A stretch of 64,000 nt of DNA, taken from the sequence record PQ309151.1; one strand, 5' to 3'. The notes beneath the pieces were generated by a model, which saw only the letters and a program-made list of their open reading frames with translations, made no database searches and was not told the DNA's origin. This document shows, piece after piece, positions 26,793 to 35,714 of this stretch. Made by a program: the position numbers and the translations under genes. The stretch's first letter is position 1, and every line of letters starts with the position of its first letter.

Positions 26793-28217
26793 TTAAGCGC
26801 GGAGGAAAGCGTTCATGCCGTAGAACTTCAGTTCCGGGCCGAAGATCTGCGAGATCGTGCCGATCTTCCAGCGGTCAGCAGGATGGATCTTGGCGATGAA
26901 CTCGGGATCGCTCGGATGCGAACCACCATTGGACATGGAGTCCATGACGAAGCGGCTCTTGATTGCCGGACGATGCTGGTTCAAGTTGATCATTTCCAGC
27001 GTACCAACGAGCGAGTCGATGATCGAACGCGACCAGCATTCGATCGGAGTCGGCACGTTCGAGTCGTCAGTCAGATCTTCCAGCCACTTGAAACCGACGT
27101 CTTCGAGTTCTTCTTCGTTCGTACGGATCTCGCAATCGGCCGGAACTTCGATGCCGATCATCATTGCCAGGTGAGCCTTCTCGACGTCGCCCGAAGCGTA
27201 ATCCAGGAAGAATGCAGTGCGTTGGTGCAGCCATTGTTCCGGCGTCATCATTTCAGCTTGCGCCGACGACTCGATGATGCCTTGAACACTGATGGCGAGT
27301 TCCAACGATTGGCTCGACTGGAGGTTCGGCGGGAACGTGATGAGGATTTCCTCACGTCCTTCACGGAACACGTTGTTCAGGATGCCAGACCAGAAACCTT
27401 CGACCAGCATACGGCCCGAGAATTCCTTGTCGAAATTGCCCTTCGTGCGACTGCCGAACTTCGCTTGCATCGACAAGAAGTCGAGCGGATTGATGTGACC
27501 GCCGATACCGATCGAGCAACCGCCTGCCAGACGTTCTTCGCCGACGCCCTTGCCGCGCTGATACACGAAGATCTGGTAGCGCTTGCCGACCTTCTTGTAG
27601 AAGACGATGTACGGCAGCAGCTGGACGTAGCGAGTATCCTTCTCGCACCAGCCGCGACGAATGAAGTTCAGCGCCAGATAGATCGCTTCGTTCAGTTCGT
27701 TCGGACGCACTTCTTCTTGCGGCACCATCGTCATCATGTCGATGAGGTCACGCGCCGAAACAGCCAGCACTTGTTCGACGGGCTTGTCCTGGCCCTCGAC
27801 CGAGCTCACGTAGTCGGAATAGTTCGGCAGGCGGCCGAAATCGTGTTCTTTCATCAGGTCATGTTCGACCGGCGGCTGTTCATCGACCATCAGCGGGATC
27901 TGGTTCGGATAGAGCAGCGTGCCGAACTTCGGAACCGGCGCGAGATCGTCGAGAATCTGTTCGCCGAACTGGTTCTTGAAGCCGAGCGATACTTGCCCAC
28001 CGATCGGCGTGACGACTGCGTTTTCGTCGTCACGCATGGAAGCTGCACGACGGATGACTTCGAGCTCGACCGGCATGAGCGGTACGTAGGAACGAGCCGA
28101 CAGCGGCGGTGTTTGCGGCGTTTCGATTTCGTCGAGTTGATTTGTAGCGGGCGTGATCAGAACGCGGGTATTCAGTTCTGCAGCTTCTGCTTGGTCGAAT
28201 TTGTCTTGCAGAGACAT
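26793..28217 (-). CDS. NUDIX-family hydrolase (COG4112/YmaB-like) with extensions
   Basis: EKDTRYVQLLPY...YQRGKGVGEERLAGGCSIGIGGHIN...REGREE...VEKAHLA. 474 aa with strong GC3 bias. Confidence 0.8.
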   Translation of the reverse strand: MSLQDKFDQAEAAELNTRVLITPATNQLDEIETPQTPPLSARSYVPLMPVELEVIRRAASMRDDENAVVTPIGGQVSLGFKNQFGEQILDDLAPVPKFGTLLYPNQIPLMVDEQPPVEHDLMKEHDFGRLPNYSDYVSSVEGQDKPVEQVLAVSARDLIDMMTMVPQEEVRPNELNEAIYLALNFIRRGWCEKDTRYVQLLPYIVFYKKVGKRYQIFVYQRGKGVGEERLAGGCSIGIGGHINPLDFLSMQAKFGSRTKGNFDKEFSGRMLVEGFWSGILNNVFREGREEILITFPPNLQSSQSLELAISVQGIIESSAQAEMMTPEQWLHQRTAFFLDYASGDVEKAHLAMMIGIEVPADCEIRTNEEELEDVGFKWLEDLTDDSNVPTPIECWSRSIIDSLVGTLEMINLNQHRPAIKSRFVMDSMSNGGSHPSDPEFIAKIHPADRWKIGTISQIFGPELKFYGMNAFLRA

Positions 28218-28328
28218 GGAAAATCCTTATCTAAAAAGTACTACCGGTTTAGGTCAAACCATCCGGTCTTGTGATAAAAAATAAATTGAGTCGAGATAGC
28301 CGAAGCTATCCCGATCTCTTTTCAAAGT

Positions 28329-28910
28329 TTACGTCTTAGGGAATTCAACGCGTTCCCCACGCTGCTTCTTGGACAGATACATCCTGAACGAGATGATCTG
28401 CTGGGAAAGTCGATCACGAAGCTGTTGAGTTTGCCCATAATTGATCGCAATAGAGGTGCATGCATTCACCAGCTTTGCGAAATCGTTATCGAACTTCTTG
28501 TCAGCAAACGAAGCACGAATCCGAGCAACACCCTCTTCTTCTTCCTGGTTATCAATGCCGTAACGCATCTGCATGGTCTTGCCTAACTTAGAGGCAGCCA
28601 TGTCATGCCCGTCACGCCACTGGCGCTGTGAGAGGTCATATAGGTCATCTGCACGAATCAGGACGATGAGTTCCTTGTTCGCAGGTGCCTTATTGAAATG
28701 CTCACGCATTCCCGGGTTATAGACGACGTGATCTTCGTCCATGTAAGAGCGCAATGTTTCGTTATCCGCCCACGTCTGCTGGTAGAACTTTTGCTCGCTA
28801 GCATAGTTCTTCCTGATCTGGTCCAACTCACGTTTGTGGTATTTTCGGACAATGATGAGCAGAACGATAAAAACGAGGCTGAGTCCTCCGAACATCAGTC
28901 CATTTTGCAT
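28329..28910 (-). CDS. membrane-anchored hypothetical protein
   Basis: N-terminal TM (LSLVFIVLLIIV). C-terminal LVN...IAINYGQTQQLRDRLS motif seen in small phage proteins. Confidence 0.7.
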   Translation of the reverse strand: MQNGLMFGGLSLVFIVLLIIVRKYHKRELDQIRKNYASEQKFYQQTWADNETLRSYMDEDHVVYNPGMREHFNKAPANKELIVLIRADDLYDLSQRQWRDGHDMAASKLGKTMQMRYGIDNQEEEEGVARIRASFADKKFDNDFAKLVNACTSIAINYGQTQQLRDRLSQQIISFRMYLSKKQRGERVEFPKT

Positions 28911-28985
28911 ATTTACATCTCCAGTTGTAAAAGAAAAACATAATCCACAGGATGAGGCAATGCCTCATCCTGGGAGTACTCGTAT

Positions 28986-29411
28986 TTACTTCTTCTTCAC
29001 CAGCTTCGGTGTAGACGGAATAGCGCCCGTCACGATTCCCGAACGGATGCCTTCCGAACGCATCTTGATGAGGATGCGATTGCTGCCAGTCATCGGTGGC
29101 AGGAACATGATGTTTTCCCAACCATCAGCTTCCAGCTTCTCGCGCACGACGTTCGCAATCAGTCGATCGTCCGTACCAGACAGACGCTGATACAGATCGA
29201 TCTCGTGTTCCTTACCGATATACCAGGCGATTTCGCCGATCGTGGGATCGTAAGAATACATGCCGAGCTTGAGAGCACGGGCCATGAGGTCGTGGAATAC
29301 ATCCAGGACTTCTTGTTCCGTCTTGAAAACACGGAACGGCTTGGAAGAGAACTCCGTGAGTTCTTTCTTCAGATGACGCTTTGTTGCGTCGAGTGAATTC
29401 ATGTCAACCAT
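28986..29411 (-). CDS. hypothetical protein
   Basis: 141-aa ORF overlapping the upstream gene end; terminator hairpin downstream. Confidence 0.7.
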   Translation of the reverse strand: MVDMNSLDATKRHLKKELTEFSSKPFRVFKTEQEVLDVFHDLMARALKLGMYSYDPTIGEIAWYIGKEHEIDLYQRLSGTDDRLIANVVREKLEADGWENIMFLPPMTGSNRILIKMRSEGIRSGIVTGAIPSTPKLVKKK

Positions 29412-29685
29412 TTTCCTGGCCGCCCTTCTTGTCTTCTTCGGGTTTCTTGACGCGGATACGTTCGGTATCCGGATGAATCGGCACGTAGTTCACACCGAAT
29501 TCGAGAAGCACGCGAGTCGCTTCGTCGATGTATTTCTTCTTGCCTTCGTCCGAGAGTTGTTCGAAACTCTCTTCCGAGATTACGTGCAGGTTGTAATCGC
29601 GCCGCACGTTCTGCTCAGCCGCTTTCTGAATGGCTTCTTCCAGCGGATATTCCTTATCTTCAATTGCGAGGATTTCGCAAGGCAT
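29404..29685 (-). CDS. hypothetical protein
   Basis: GAGGAG SD with TTTTAAAA box; 93 aa. Confidence 0.7.
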   Translation of the reverse strand: MPCEILAIEDKEYPLEEAIQKAAEQNVRRDYNLHVISEESFEQLSDEGKKKYIDEATRVLLEFGVNYVPIHPDTERIRVKKPEEDKKGGQENG

Positions 29686-29776
29686 TAGTTTCGCTCCTCA
29701 TTTTAAAAAGTTGGTATTCAGGTACAAAATAAAAAGCCCCGTCATGAAAAATAACGGGGCTACTACACTTCCCTAA

Positions 29777-30151
29777 CTACTGGAAGGTCGGTTGCTGTTG
29801 TTGGAATCGTTTATCGGGCGGAGTGGGTAAATCATGAACCGCCACTTGCCAACGCCGGCTGAGTACATCCGGTAAGAACAGCGAGCGTTTTTCGTAATAG
29901 ACGTTTTTCCAGTGATCCTGCTTCTGGACGTCTTCCCAACCGAATTCGATTTTCGGAGCTTCAAACGACAACGGGTCATTTGCAACCGTGCCGTTTGTCG
30001 TGTCCACTTTGCTTTGGAAAGCAAAGGGATATCCGCAGTGAACGCAGAACAGCCCCTGCGATTCACGTCCTTCGAAGTTTTCGTTGCTGGCTCTTACCGT
30101 CCAGTAATGTCCGTTATCGCAGAGGTACTCTGTGTAACCTTCGTAAGACAT
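29777..30151 (-). CDS. putative Zn-binding protein
   Basis: CxxGH (LCDNGH) and CxxC (FCVHCG) motifs. Confidence 0.6.
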   Translation of the reverse strand: MSYEGYTEYLCDNGHYWTVRASNENFEGRESQGLFCVHCGYPFAFQSKVDTTNGTVANDPLSFEAPKIEFGWEDVQKQDHWKNVYYEKRSLFLPDVLSRRWQVAVHDLPTPPDKRFQQQQPTFQ

Positions 30152-30196
30152 TTCTTAGCTCCTTATCCGCACAGATCTATCCGTGCAGACTTTCGT

Positions 30197-30550
30197 TTAA
30201 ATGAAGTTGTTACAAGGGTAATACTCCAATTGCCCGGTACGACGATCCGGATATACTTCGTGACTACTCGTACCACGAAACCCCGAGTACGATACCGATT
30301 TAAGCTTGAAGACTTCTTCCCTGGTCAGGGGATTACCATGCTCATCCATCTCAGCATGGATTTGGAAACGACGGAATGATTCGTCGGCTGCTTTTTTCGT
30401 GTCCTCAGCTGCAATGAGTCCACGTGACTCTGCGGTCAGCTTGTAAAGAAAACCACCTGGCTGAGCCGACTCCCAATGTTGTTTCTCTTGGGCAAACCGT
30501 AGCCGGAAGCGATCAATCGATTCCTGCCTTTTCTGTTCCTTAGTCTTCAT
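30197..30550 (-). CDS. hypothetical protein
   Basis: TTTTAAA-ATG start; 117 aa. Confidence 0.65.
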   Translation of the reverse strand: MKTKEQKRQESIDRFRLRFAQEKQHWESAQPGGFLYKLTAESRGLIAAEDTKKAADESFRRFQIHAEMDEHGNPLTREEVFKLKSVSYSGFRGTSSHEVYPDRRTGQLEYYPCNNFI

Positions 30551-30708
30551 TTTAAAAGGTATTCCTTTTCAAACGTTTCAGGATATGACGGATTGTCCCC
30601 GTCATACCAGATTACTTCAGGTGGTTCTTCTTCAGTTGCTTTTTAATCCGAGCCTGTCTCGCAAGCAGGACTGGATCCACGTAGTGAGCAACCACGTTGT
30701 GGGTTACA

Positions 30709-31248
30709 TCATGGCGCAAGTGCGAAGGTTTCGTCGTGCGCCGAGTCTTCACGGTCTGCATCGTCCATTTCCTTTTGAAGGGTCTGACGGGAACGCTCTG
30801 CGGACTCGCGATTTATTTGCCTTGTCCGCATATGCACTTTCCGTTTGTTACCTTGGTGCGATGCGATTGCGGGATGGCGATTATACAAACGGCGCATTCG
30901 CCGGATGTACTGCAAGGCATGCCATTCGCTGATGAAAACGGATTGTATTGCCTCCGGGTAGAGTTCAGATGTGGCCGGCTCCGCCTTTGCAAAAGGCGTG
31001 TCGATACCGACATCCGAGAAGTGATACGAGTCGGTGTACGCAGTCTTCTTTCGCCCAACCATCTCGACGACTTCGAACCATTCGTACGTATCCGGAAATG
31101 CGGTGCCTTCGCCTTCGACAGAGCGCTCGTAGCCGCTCGTGACGAAAAGCTTTATGATGTCCTGTGAAAAATTGAAACCGTTAACGAAGAAAAGCTTGGC
31201 ACCTTTTTTGACATCTTCGAATTTGGCACGACCAGCTTTAGTTGCCAT
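30709..31248 (-). CDS. hypothetical protein
   Basis: GGAGGAA SD, coupled to the upstream gene; 179 aa. Confidence 0.7.
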   Translation of the reverse strand: MATKAGRAKFEDVKKGAKLFFVNGFNFSQDIIKLFVTSGYERSVEGEGTAFPDTYEWFEVVEMVGRKKTAYTDSYHFSDVGIDTPFAKAEPATSELYPEAIQSVFISEWHALQYIRRMRRLYNRHPAIASHQGNKRKVHMRTRQINRESAERSRQTLQKEMDDADREDSAHDETFALAP

Positions 31249-31486
31249 TGCTAGTTTCCTCCGAAGTACTGTTCGTCTTGTTAACGAACTCGTTGTACTG
31301 CTCGATCAGCAGGTTGATCGGGTTGCGTTCGAGCGAGAGTCCTTTGTTATCCAGATCCCGCGTTACTTGCAACTCACGAATGTAGTGTCCCGGTCCATTC
31401 AGTGCACGCAACACCTGACCAAGCGCATCTGCGTCCACCGACACCATCAAACGTTCTTCAACAACTGCTGGGCTTGTGTTGCTCAT
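31238..31486 (-). CDS. small conserved phage protein
   Basis: GAGGAG SD. VDADALGQVLRALNGPGHYIRELQVTR...NPINLLIEQYN pattern. Confidence 0.75.
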   Translation of the reverse strand: MSNTSPAVVEERLMVSVDADALGQVLRALNGPGHYIRELQVTRDLDNKGLSLERNPINLLIEQYNEFVNKTNSTSEETSNGN

Positions 31487-31515
31487 TGTTCTCTCCTCTA
31501 CTGCATTGTAAAAGG

Positions 31516-32787
31516 TTAATCGTGGTAGTACATGAGTTCCGACGCGTTCTTCTTATCGATCTCGTCTTCGATCTTCTCGCACTCGTCTTTCGAGCGGAAA
31601 ATCAGGCGCTGATACTTGCGCATGAAGTCGACGAGCTTCTGGACGTCGAAGATCCAGAAGTGCATCCAGTCATCATTGAGAGGACTGAATTGCGAGATCG
31701 TGCGGCCGAAATTGCGCTGATGCATGATGTCGAAGATTCGATCCTGATTGACCCACTTACCATAGTGGTCAGGATGAGTTCCGACTTCTTCCATGATGCG
31801 AGCAATCAGCGTGTCGTATTGACCAAACAGATACTCGCCCTTACGCATCTTCGGCCTCGGGTATTCCGGATGCACGTTGTAGAAGTCGTTGACCTGAAGT
31901 TCGTTCTCGGCCAAATACTCCTTCAACGTTTGCGGCTGAAATCCGCAAACACGATCTTCGATGAGTTTCACCTTGCCTTCGCCGCGCTTGATGATTTTGC
32001 GCACATGGCCCAGGTTATACTCTTCAGGCTCGCCACCAAAGAGCCCGCCTTCCGGCTTCTTTTCCTTCATGGTCAGAAGGTAGTTACGAGCACCCAACAC
32101 GAAGATCGAATCGACCGTCATCTGGACCGGTTCCTTCATGTTGCCATCGACGAATATCTCGACGACGGTGCCTTCCGGGAAATGCGCTGGACCGAACTTG
32201 ATGTCGTGTTCAGTCTTGCCAGAACGACCGTAACGCTTTTCCTTCGAGAAGAATTCGTAGCCGGGATAGGTTTTCTGAAACTCCCAGAATGATTCGCGGG
32301 ATTCGACGTCAGTACCGAACGGGTCACGCAATACCCAGCAACCGAATTCGGTGTCGTTCATCTGCCAGAAAATCGACCAACCATCCTTACTCGTGAAGTT
32401 GTCCACCTGCTTCTCGACGAATGTACGATGCCAGCCGCGCTTGAAAAGCATGTTACTGAAATACTCTTCAGCACGCGCAACCGACGACTGATCCCACATG
32501 TCCAGATGACGCTCGAACAACTTCAGTTGATCGGAGGAATAACAATGCTTCCAGCGATTCAGGAAATACTGATCGGTCTGGTATTCCCCTTTCGGACGAC
32601 CGACATACTTCCTGTCCATATAACGCAGAATTTTCGAATCGATGCGCTCGCGGAGCTTCTGCTCCCGCATAAGTTTCTTGCGCCCACCGAACATCGTGAA
32701 ACGATCATCGCCATGACTTGTATCTCTCCACGGGTCAAGATCCATCACGTTCATCAATTCAGGATAAAGCGAATTCTGTTCCGGCAT
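31516..32787 (-). CDS. hypothetical protein
   Basis: 423-aa ORF with GAGG SD and TTTTAAAA box. Confidence 0.8.
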   Translation of the reverse strand: MPEQNSLYPELMNVMDLDPWRDTSHGDDRFTMFGGRKKLMREQKLRERIDSKILRYMDRKYVGRPKGEYQTDQYFLNRWKHCYSSDQLKLFERHLDMWDQSSVARAEEYFSNMLFKRGWHRTFVEKQVDNFTSKDGWSIFWQMNDTEFGCWVLRDPFGTDVESRESFWEFQKTYPGYEFFSKEKRYGRSGKTEHDIKFGPAHFPEGTVVEIFVDGNMKEPVQMTVDSIFVLGARNYLLTMKEKKPEGGLFGGEPEEYNLGHVRKIIKRGEGKVKLIEDRVCGFQPQTLKEYLAENELQVNDFYNVHPEYPRPKMRKGEYLFGQYDTLIARIMEEVGTHPDHYGKWVNQDRIFDIMHQRNFGRTISQFSPLNDDWMHFWIFDVQKLVDFMRKYQRLIFRSKDECEKIEDEIDKKNASELMYYHD

Positions 32788-32809
32788 TCTTTACCTCATT
32801 TTAAAAGTT

Positions 32810-33235
32810 TTACTGCTTATGGAACCGAGCGATGGATACGCTCGGAACGTCTTTGACTGATTCGTAGAAGTCGCGCTTTTGCACGCACTTCATTTCACTC
32901 GGAGTAGTCAGGTGTGTTGTGTGGATATTTGGATCCACGAGGATGAAGCCGACCTCACCGATGGTCGTATACTTGCCTTCATCCTTCTCGGCACTTCCGA
33001 GAACAACGCCTAACACGCGCTGCGTCAATTTCTCGACGACAGTCTTATAGCACATCGGCGGAAGTCGGTACGGCTTCAGAGCTGCGCAATACTCCGACTG
33101 GCTCACTATCTTCCCATTTACCAGAAACTCCTGTCCCATCGGACCCATCCGATGTCCGTAGTTCGGCTTCTCCGCATTCTCCACTCTGCTTCGTGCCGCA
33201 TCCGACAACTTCATTGGAATTCTTTCCTTCGACAT
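32810..33235 (-). CDS. hypothetical protein overlapping the QueC-like gene tail
   Basis: GAGG SD 6 nt before ATG at 33235 (MSKERIP). About 190 nt same-strand overlap with the upstream ORF. Confidence 0.6.
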   Translation of the reverse strand: MSKERIPMKLSDAARSRVENAEKPNYGHRMGPMGQEFLVNGKIVSQSEYCAALKPYRLPPMCYKTVVEKLTQRVLGVVLGSAEKDEGKYTTIGEVGFILVDPNIHTTHLTTPSEMKCVQKRDFYESVKDVPSVSIARFHKQ

Positions 33236-33983
33236 CGCTTGCCTCATTAGCGAGAGTTGTTGAGTTCAAGTACTCCATCCGTTCGTCGATGGCTTCCTTG
33301 AGCGTGCGTTTATTACGGCGCTCCCAGATGAAAACTGTTTTAGCCATCGTTTCACATGCCGCACAACGTTCACATGGAACAAACTGAACGTCATCCGGCA
33401 CGTCATCGCCAGCTTGCGCTGGAAGTTCACAAATCCAGAGATCCCGGATAATCTCCAGCGGCATCTCTCTGAGAATTGCGTCTTTAGACTTATGCATCAG
33501 GGGGAATTCAAGCGGTACAGGTTCATACCGCGAGAATGCAGAAGTATGTTGCCATGCTAGCGCCAGATCGCCTAAATGCATCGAGATCTGATCCCCCATC
33601 ACGACACCCATGCAAATCTTGGAGTGTCGTGTCCCATCTGCCGCAAACTGCATACCGAACTGCCACAACGGCGCCTGACCAAACGTGTGGTCAGGAATGA
33701 CGTTGTTCCAACTTCGTTTTGTAGAGCCGTCGGTCGGATCAGTTTCCTTCACGAGAAACGAGTTACCCAGATTCACGATAATGTCTGAGATAACGCGATT
33801 ACCCGTCTTGGACTCGAAGAACCTGATGATCTTCTTTCTGGCAGCAAGTTCCATCGGAATCTTGTCCTGGCTTTGAGACGCCTTGATGTAACAGGTGTAA
33901 ACATCGCCCTGTTCCAATTGTTTCCAGAGCATGTACGAGCTGTCCATGCCGCCAGAGAAGACCAGAAGGGGGTGCTTACTCAT
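33045..33983 (-). CDS. QueC-like (7-cyano-7-deazaguanine synthase family) PP-loop ATPase
   Basis: LLVFSGGMDS PP-loop; PLEFPL...SKDAI; Zn site WICELP...PCERCAAC. Confidence 0.8.
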   Translation of the reverse strand: MSKHPLLVFSGGMDSSYMLWKQLEQGDVYTCYIKASQSQDKIPMELAARKKIIRFFESKTGNRVISDIIVNLGNSFLVKETDPTDGSTKRSWNNVIPDHTFGQAPLWQFGMQFAADGTRHSKICMGVVMGDQISMHLGDLALAWQHTSAFSRYEPVPLEFPLMHKSKDAILREMPLEIIRDLWICELPAQAGDDVPDDVQFVPCERCAACETMAKTVFIWERRNKRTLKEAIDERMEYLNSTTLANEASDVEGKNSNEVVGCGTKQSGECGEAELRTSDGSDGTGVSGKWEDSEPVGVLRSSEAVPTSADVL

Positions 33984-33984
33984 G

Positions 33985-34749
33985 TTACTCGCCCTCCTTC
34001 TTGTTCTTGTCGAGTTCCTGAGCCAGGATCGGATCCAGTTTGTGTTCCGGCCGCAGCTTGGCGCGACCGCCGAGACTACGATACAAAGCCATGAGATCTA
34101 AATCACTCCTGACTCCGGTCGGAACTTCAACTTCGCCTTCCCTTTTGGGAGTGAGTCGCGGACCACCCACTTCCATGATGTCCGTCGTCATACCCTTACC
34201 AGCTTCCGGATCCAACTTCAGAAGACTCACGAGCAGACTCGAAGGTTTCGGTTTCAACCTGGCGGTTGCTTTGTGAAGACCTTCAGCAGTACGCTCGCCA
34301 GTCAATTGAATATCAGTAATTTCTGCACCGTCCTTTGAATCAGACGAAACAAATTCGCTGAACGAATCGATCGTAGCGAACGTCCCTTTTCCTTCGGCTT
34401 TTGCTTCGAGAAAGTGCTGCATTCGTTGCTGCATTTCTTCATCAGAAATTTCCATTGGAATTTTAGCCGTCATTCCAGCTTTTACCGCCTCATCCCACGA
34501 CAACATCGATTTTCGTTCCGGCATAGAACGTACGATAAGTGAAGGAAGGGCGTTACGATGGATTTCCGGATCACGCGGGACGAAGGGTGCAACACCGCTT
34601 CCCGAGAAGATCACCATTTCGCCAGGCCGGATACCGCCGGCCACCGGGAGATCTGGAGGAAGACCCCAGTCCTTGGCAATCTGCTCTCGAATGATCGAAT
34701 CAGACAGGGAAGTGTTGTTTTCTTTCTTATCCATTTTTTTATCCTTCAT
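33985..34749 (-). CDS. hypothetical protein with DnaB/RecA-like motif remnants
   Basis: GGIRPGEMVIFSG resembles the helicase GGMRRGE segment, but no GKS/T follows. Confidence 0.65.
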   Translation of the reverse strand: MKDKKMDKKENNTSLSDSIIREQIAKDWGLPPDLPVAGGIRPGEMVIFSGSGVAPFVPRDPEIHRNALPSLIVRSMPERKSMLSWDEAVKAGMTAKIPMEISDEEMQQRMQHFLEAKAEGKGTFATIDSFSEFVSSDSKDGAEITDIQLTGERTAEGLHKATARLKPKPSSLLVSLLKLDPEAGKGMTTDIMEVGGPRLTPKREGEVEVPTGVRSDLDLMALYRSLGGRAKLRPEHKLDPILAQELDKNKKEGE

Positions 34750-35198
34750 TTTAAAAAGATTGATGTCAGTGCGGCAATGACATATCTGTCACCTGCCATA
34801 CTTTCGCATGTTGCTCGAAGTGCTTCCTGGTTACAAGCGTGTTCCTCGGCCAGACGTTCGTCATCCGACTTCATCTGCAGGAACTTCATCTTCGCACGAA
34901 TGGTGCGGTAGTACGGCCGGATCTCGTCCATACAAGCCCTCAGCACAGTCAGGATGTCTCTGCCTGGTCCATCTTCGTGGAACAGCTTATGAAGCAGAGG
35001 CGTATTTTCATCGGATGGCGGCAGCAACAGCAATTCCCGACATACCGCCATGCGTATGTATTCGTAGCGCGCGTGAACCGCGGCTACGCTAATGCCGAAG
35101 TCTTTGCCGACACGGGCGAACCCTTTCATCTCAAACACGATCTGTTCGAAGATGTCGAAATAGCCGTTCAGGTTTTCCAATGTCTGCATGATGATCAC
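34746..35198 (-). CDS. hypothetical protein
   Basis: ATGA-coupled at both ends; 150 aa. Confidence 0.7.
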   Translation of the reverse strand: MIIMQTLENLNGYFDIFEQIVFEMKGFARVGKDFGISVAAVHARYEYIRMAVCRELLLLPPSDENTPLLHKLFHEDGPGRDILTVLRACMDEIRPYYRTIRAKMKFLQMKSDDERLAEEHACNQEALRATCESMAGDRYVIAALTSIFLK

Positions 35199-35389
35199 CG
35201 ATTCAGATGTGAGACGAGAGCTTCTGCGTCGGACTGCGAAGTAACAATCGCAATCTGGTCGCCATCGTCATCGATGATTTCAAACTGATCCATCTCCCTT
35301 AGATCGTCGACACTGACAGGCTCATCAGTGTCGCTTTCAAACAGATGTCCTTCACGAACATCCTTGTCGATCTTAGCCCATGTGTACAT
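35195..35389 (-). CDS. small acidic protein
   Basis: GAGGAG SD; 64 aa; FEIIDDDGDQIAIV...AEALVSHLNR. Confidence 0.7.
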   Translation of the reverse strand: MYTWAKIDKDVREGHLFESDTDEPVSVDDLREMDQFEIIDDDGDQIAIVTSQSDAEALVSHLNR

Positions 35390-35424
35390 TTTGTTGCTCC
35401 TCAGATTTTAAAAAGCCCTGGTAA

Positions 35425-35667
35425 CTACTTCGACCGTTGAGGCACTTTCGGAAACTCTACTTCTTTACCATCCGCATCGCGAATGATAATGGTCTTCCCG
35501 CTTGCCTGAAGGCTAACGATGTAGTCGTACGTACCAAGCGAATGACGGATGACTTCACCGATGCTCTGCGCTGCGGTTTTCAACTGCAACTTCTCAAGCT
35601 CTTTTTGAACCTCAGGCGACATGTCGAGCTTGAAGCCTGTGTTCTTTGGCTTTCTCTTAAACATCAC
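35425..35667 (-). CDS. ribbon-helix-helix (CopG-like) DNA-binding protein
   Basis: FKLDMSPEVQKELEKL...SIGEVIRHSL strand-helix-helix pattern plus the GKTIIIRDADG C-terminal extension. Confidence 0.7.
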   Translation of the reverse strand: MMFKRKPKNTGFKLDMSPEVQKELEKLQLKTAAQSIGEVIRHSLGTYDYIVSLQASGKTIIIRDADGKEVEFPKVPQRSK

Positions 35668-35714
35668 ATCTCCTCAAACTGAATAGGGAGGGGAGTCGTA
35701 ACTCCCCATCGGGC

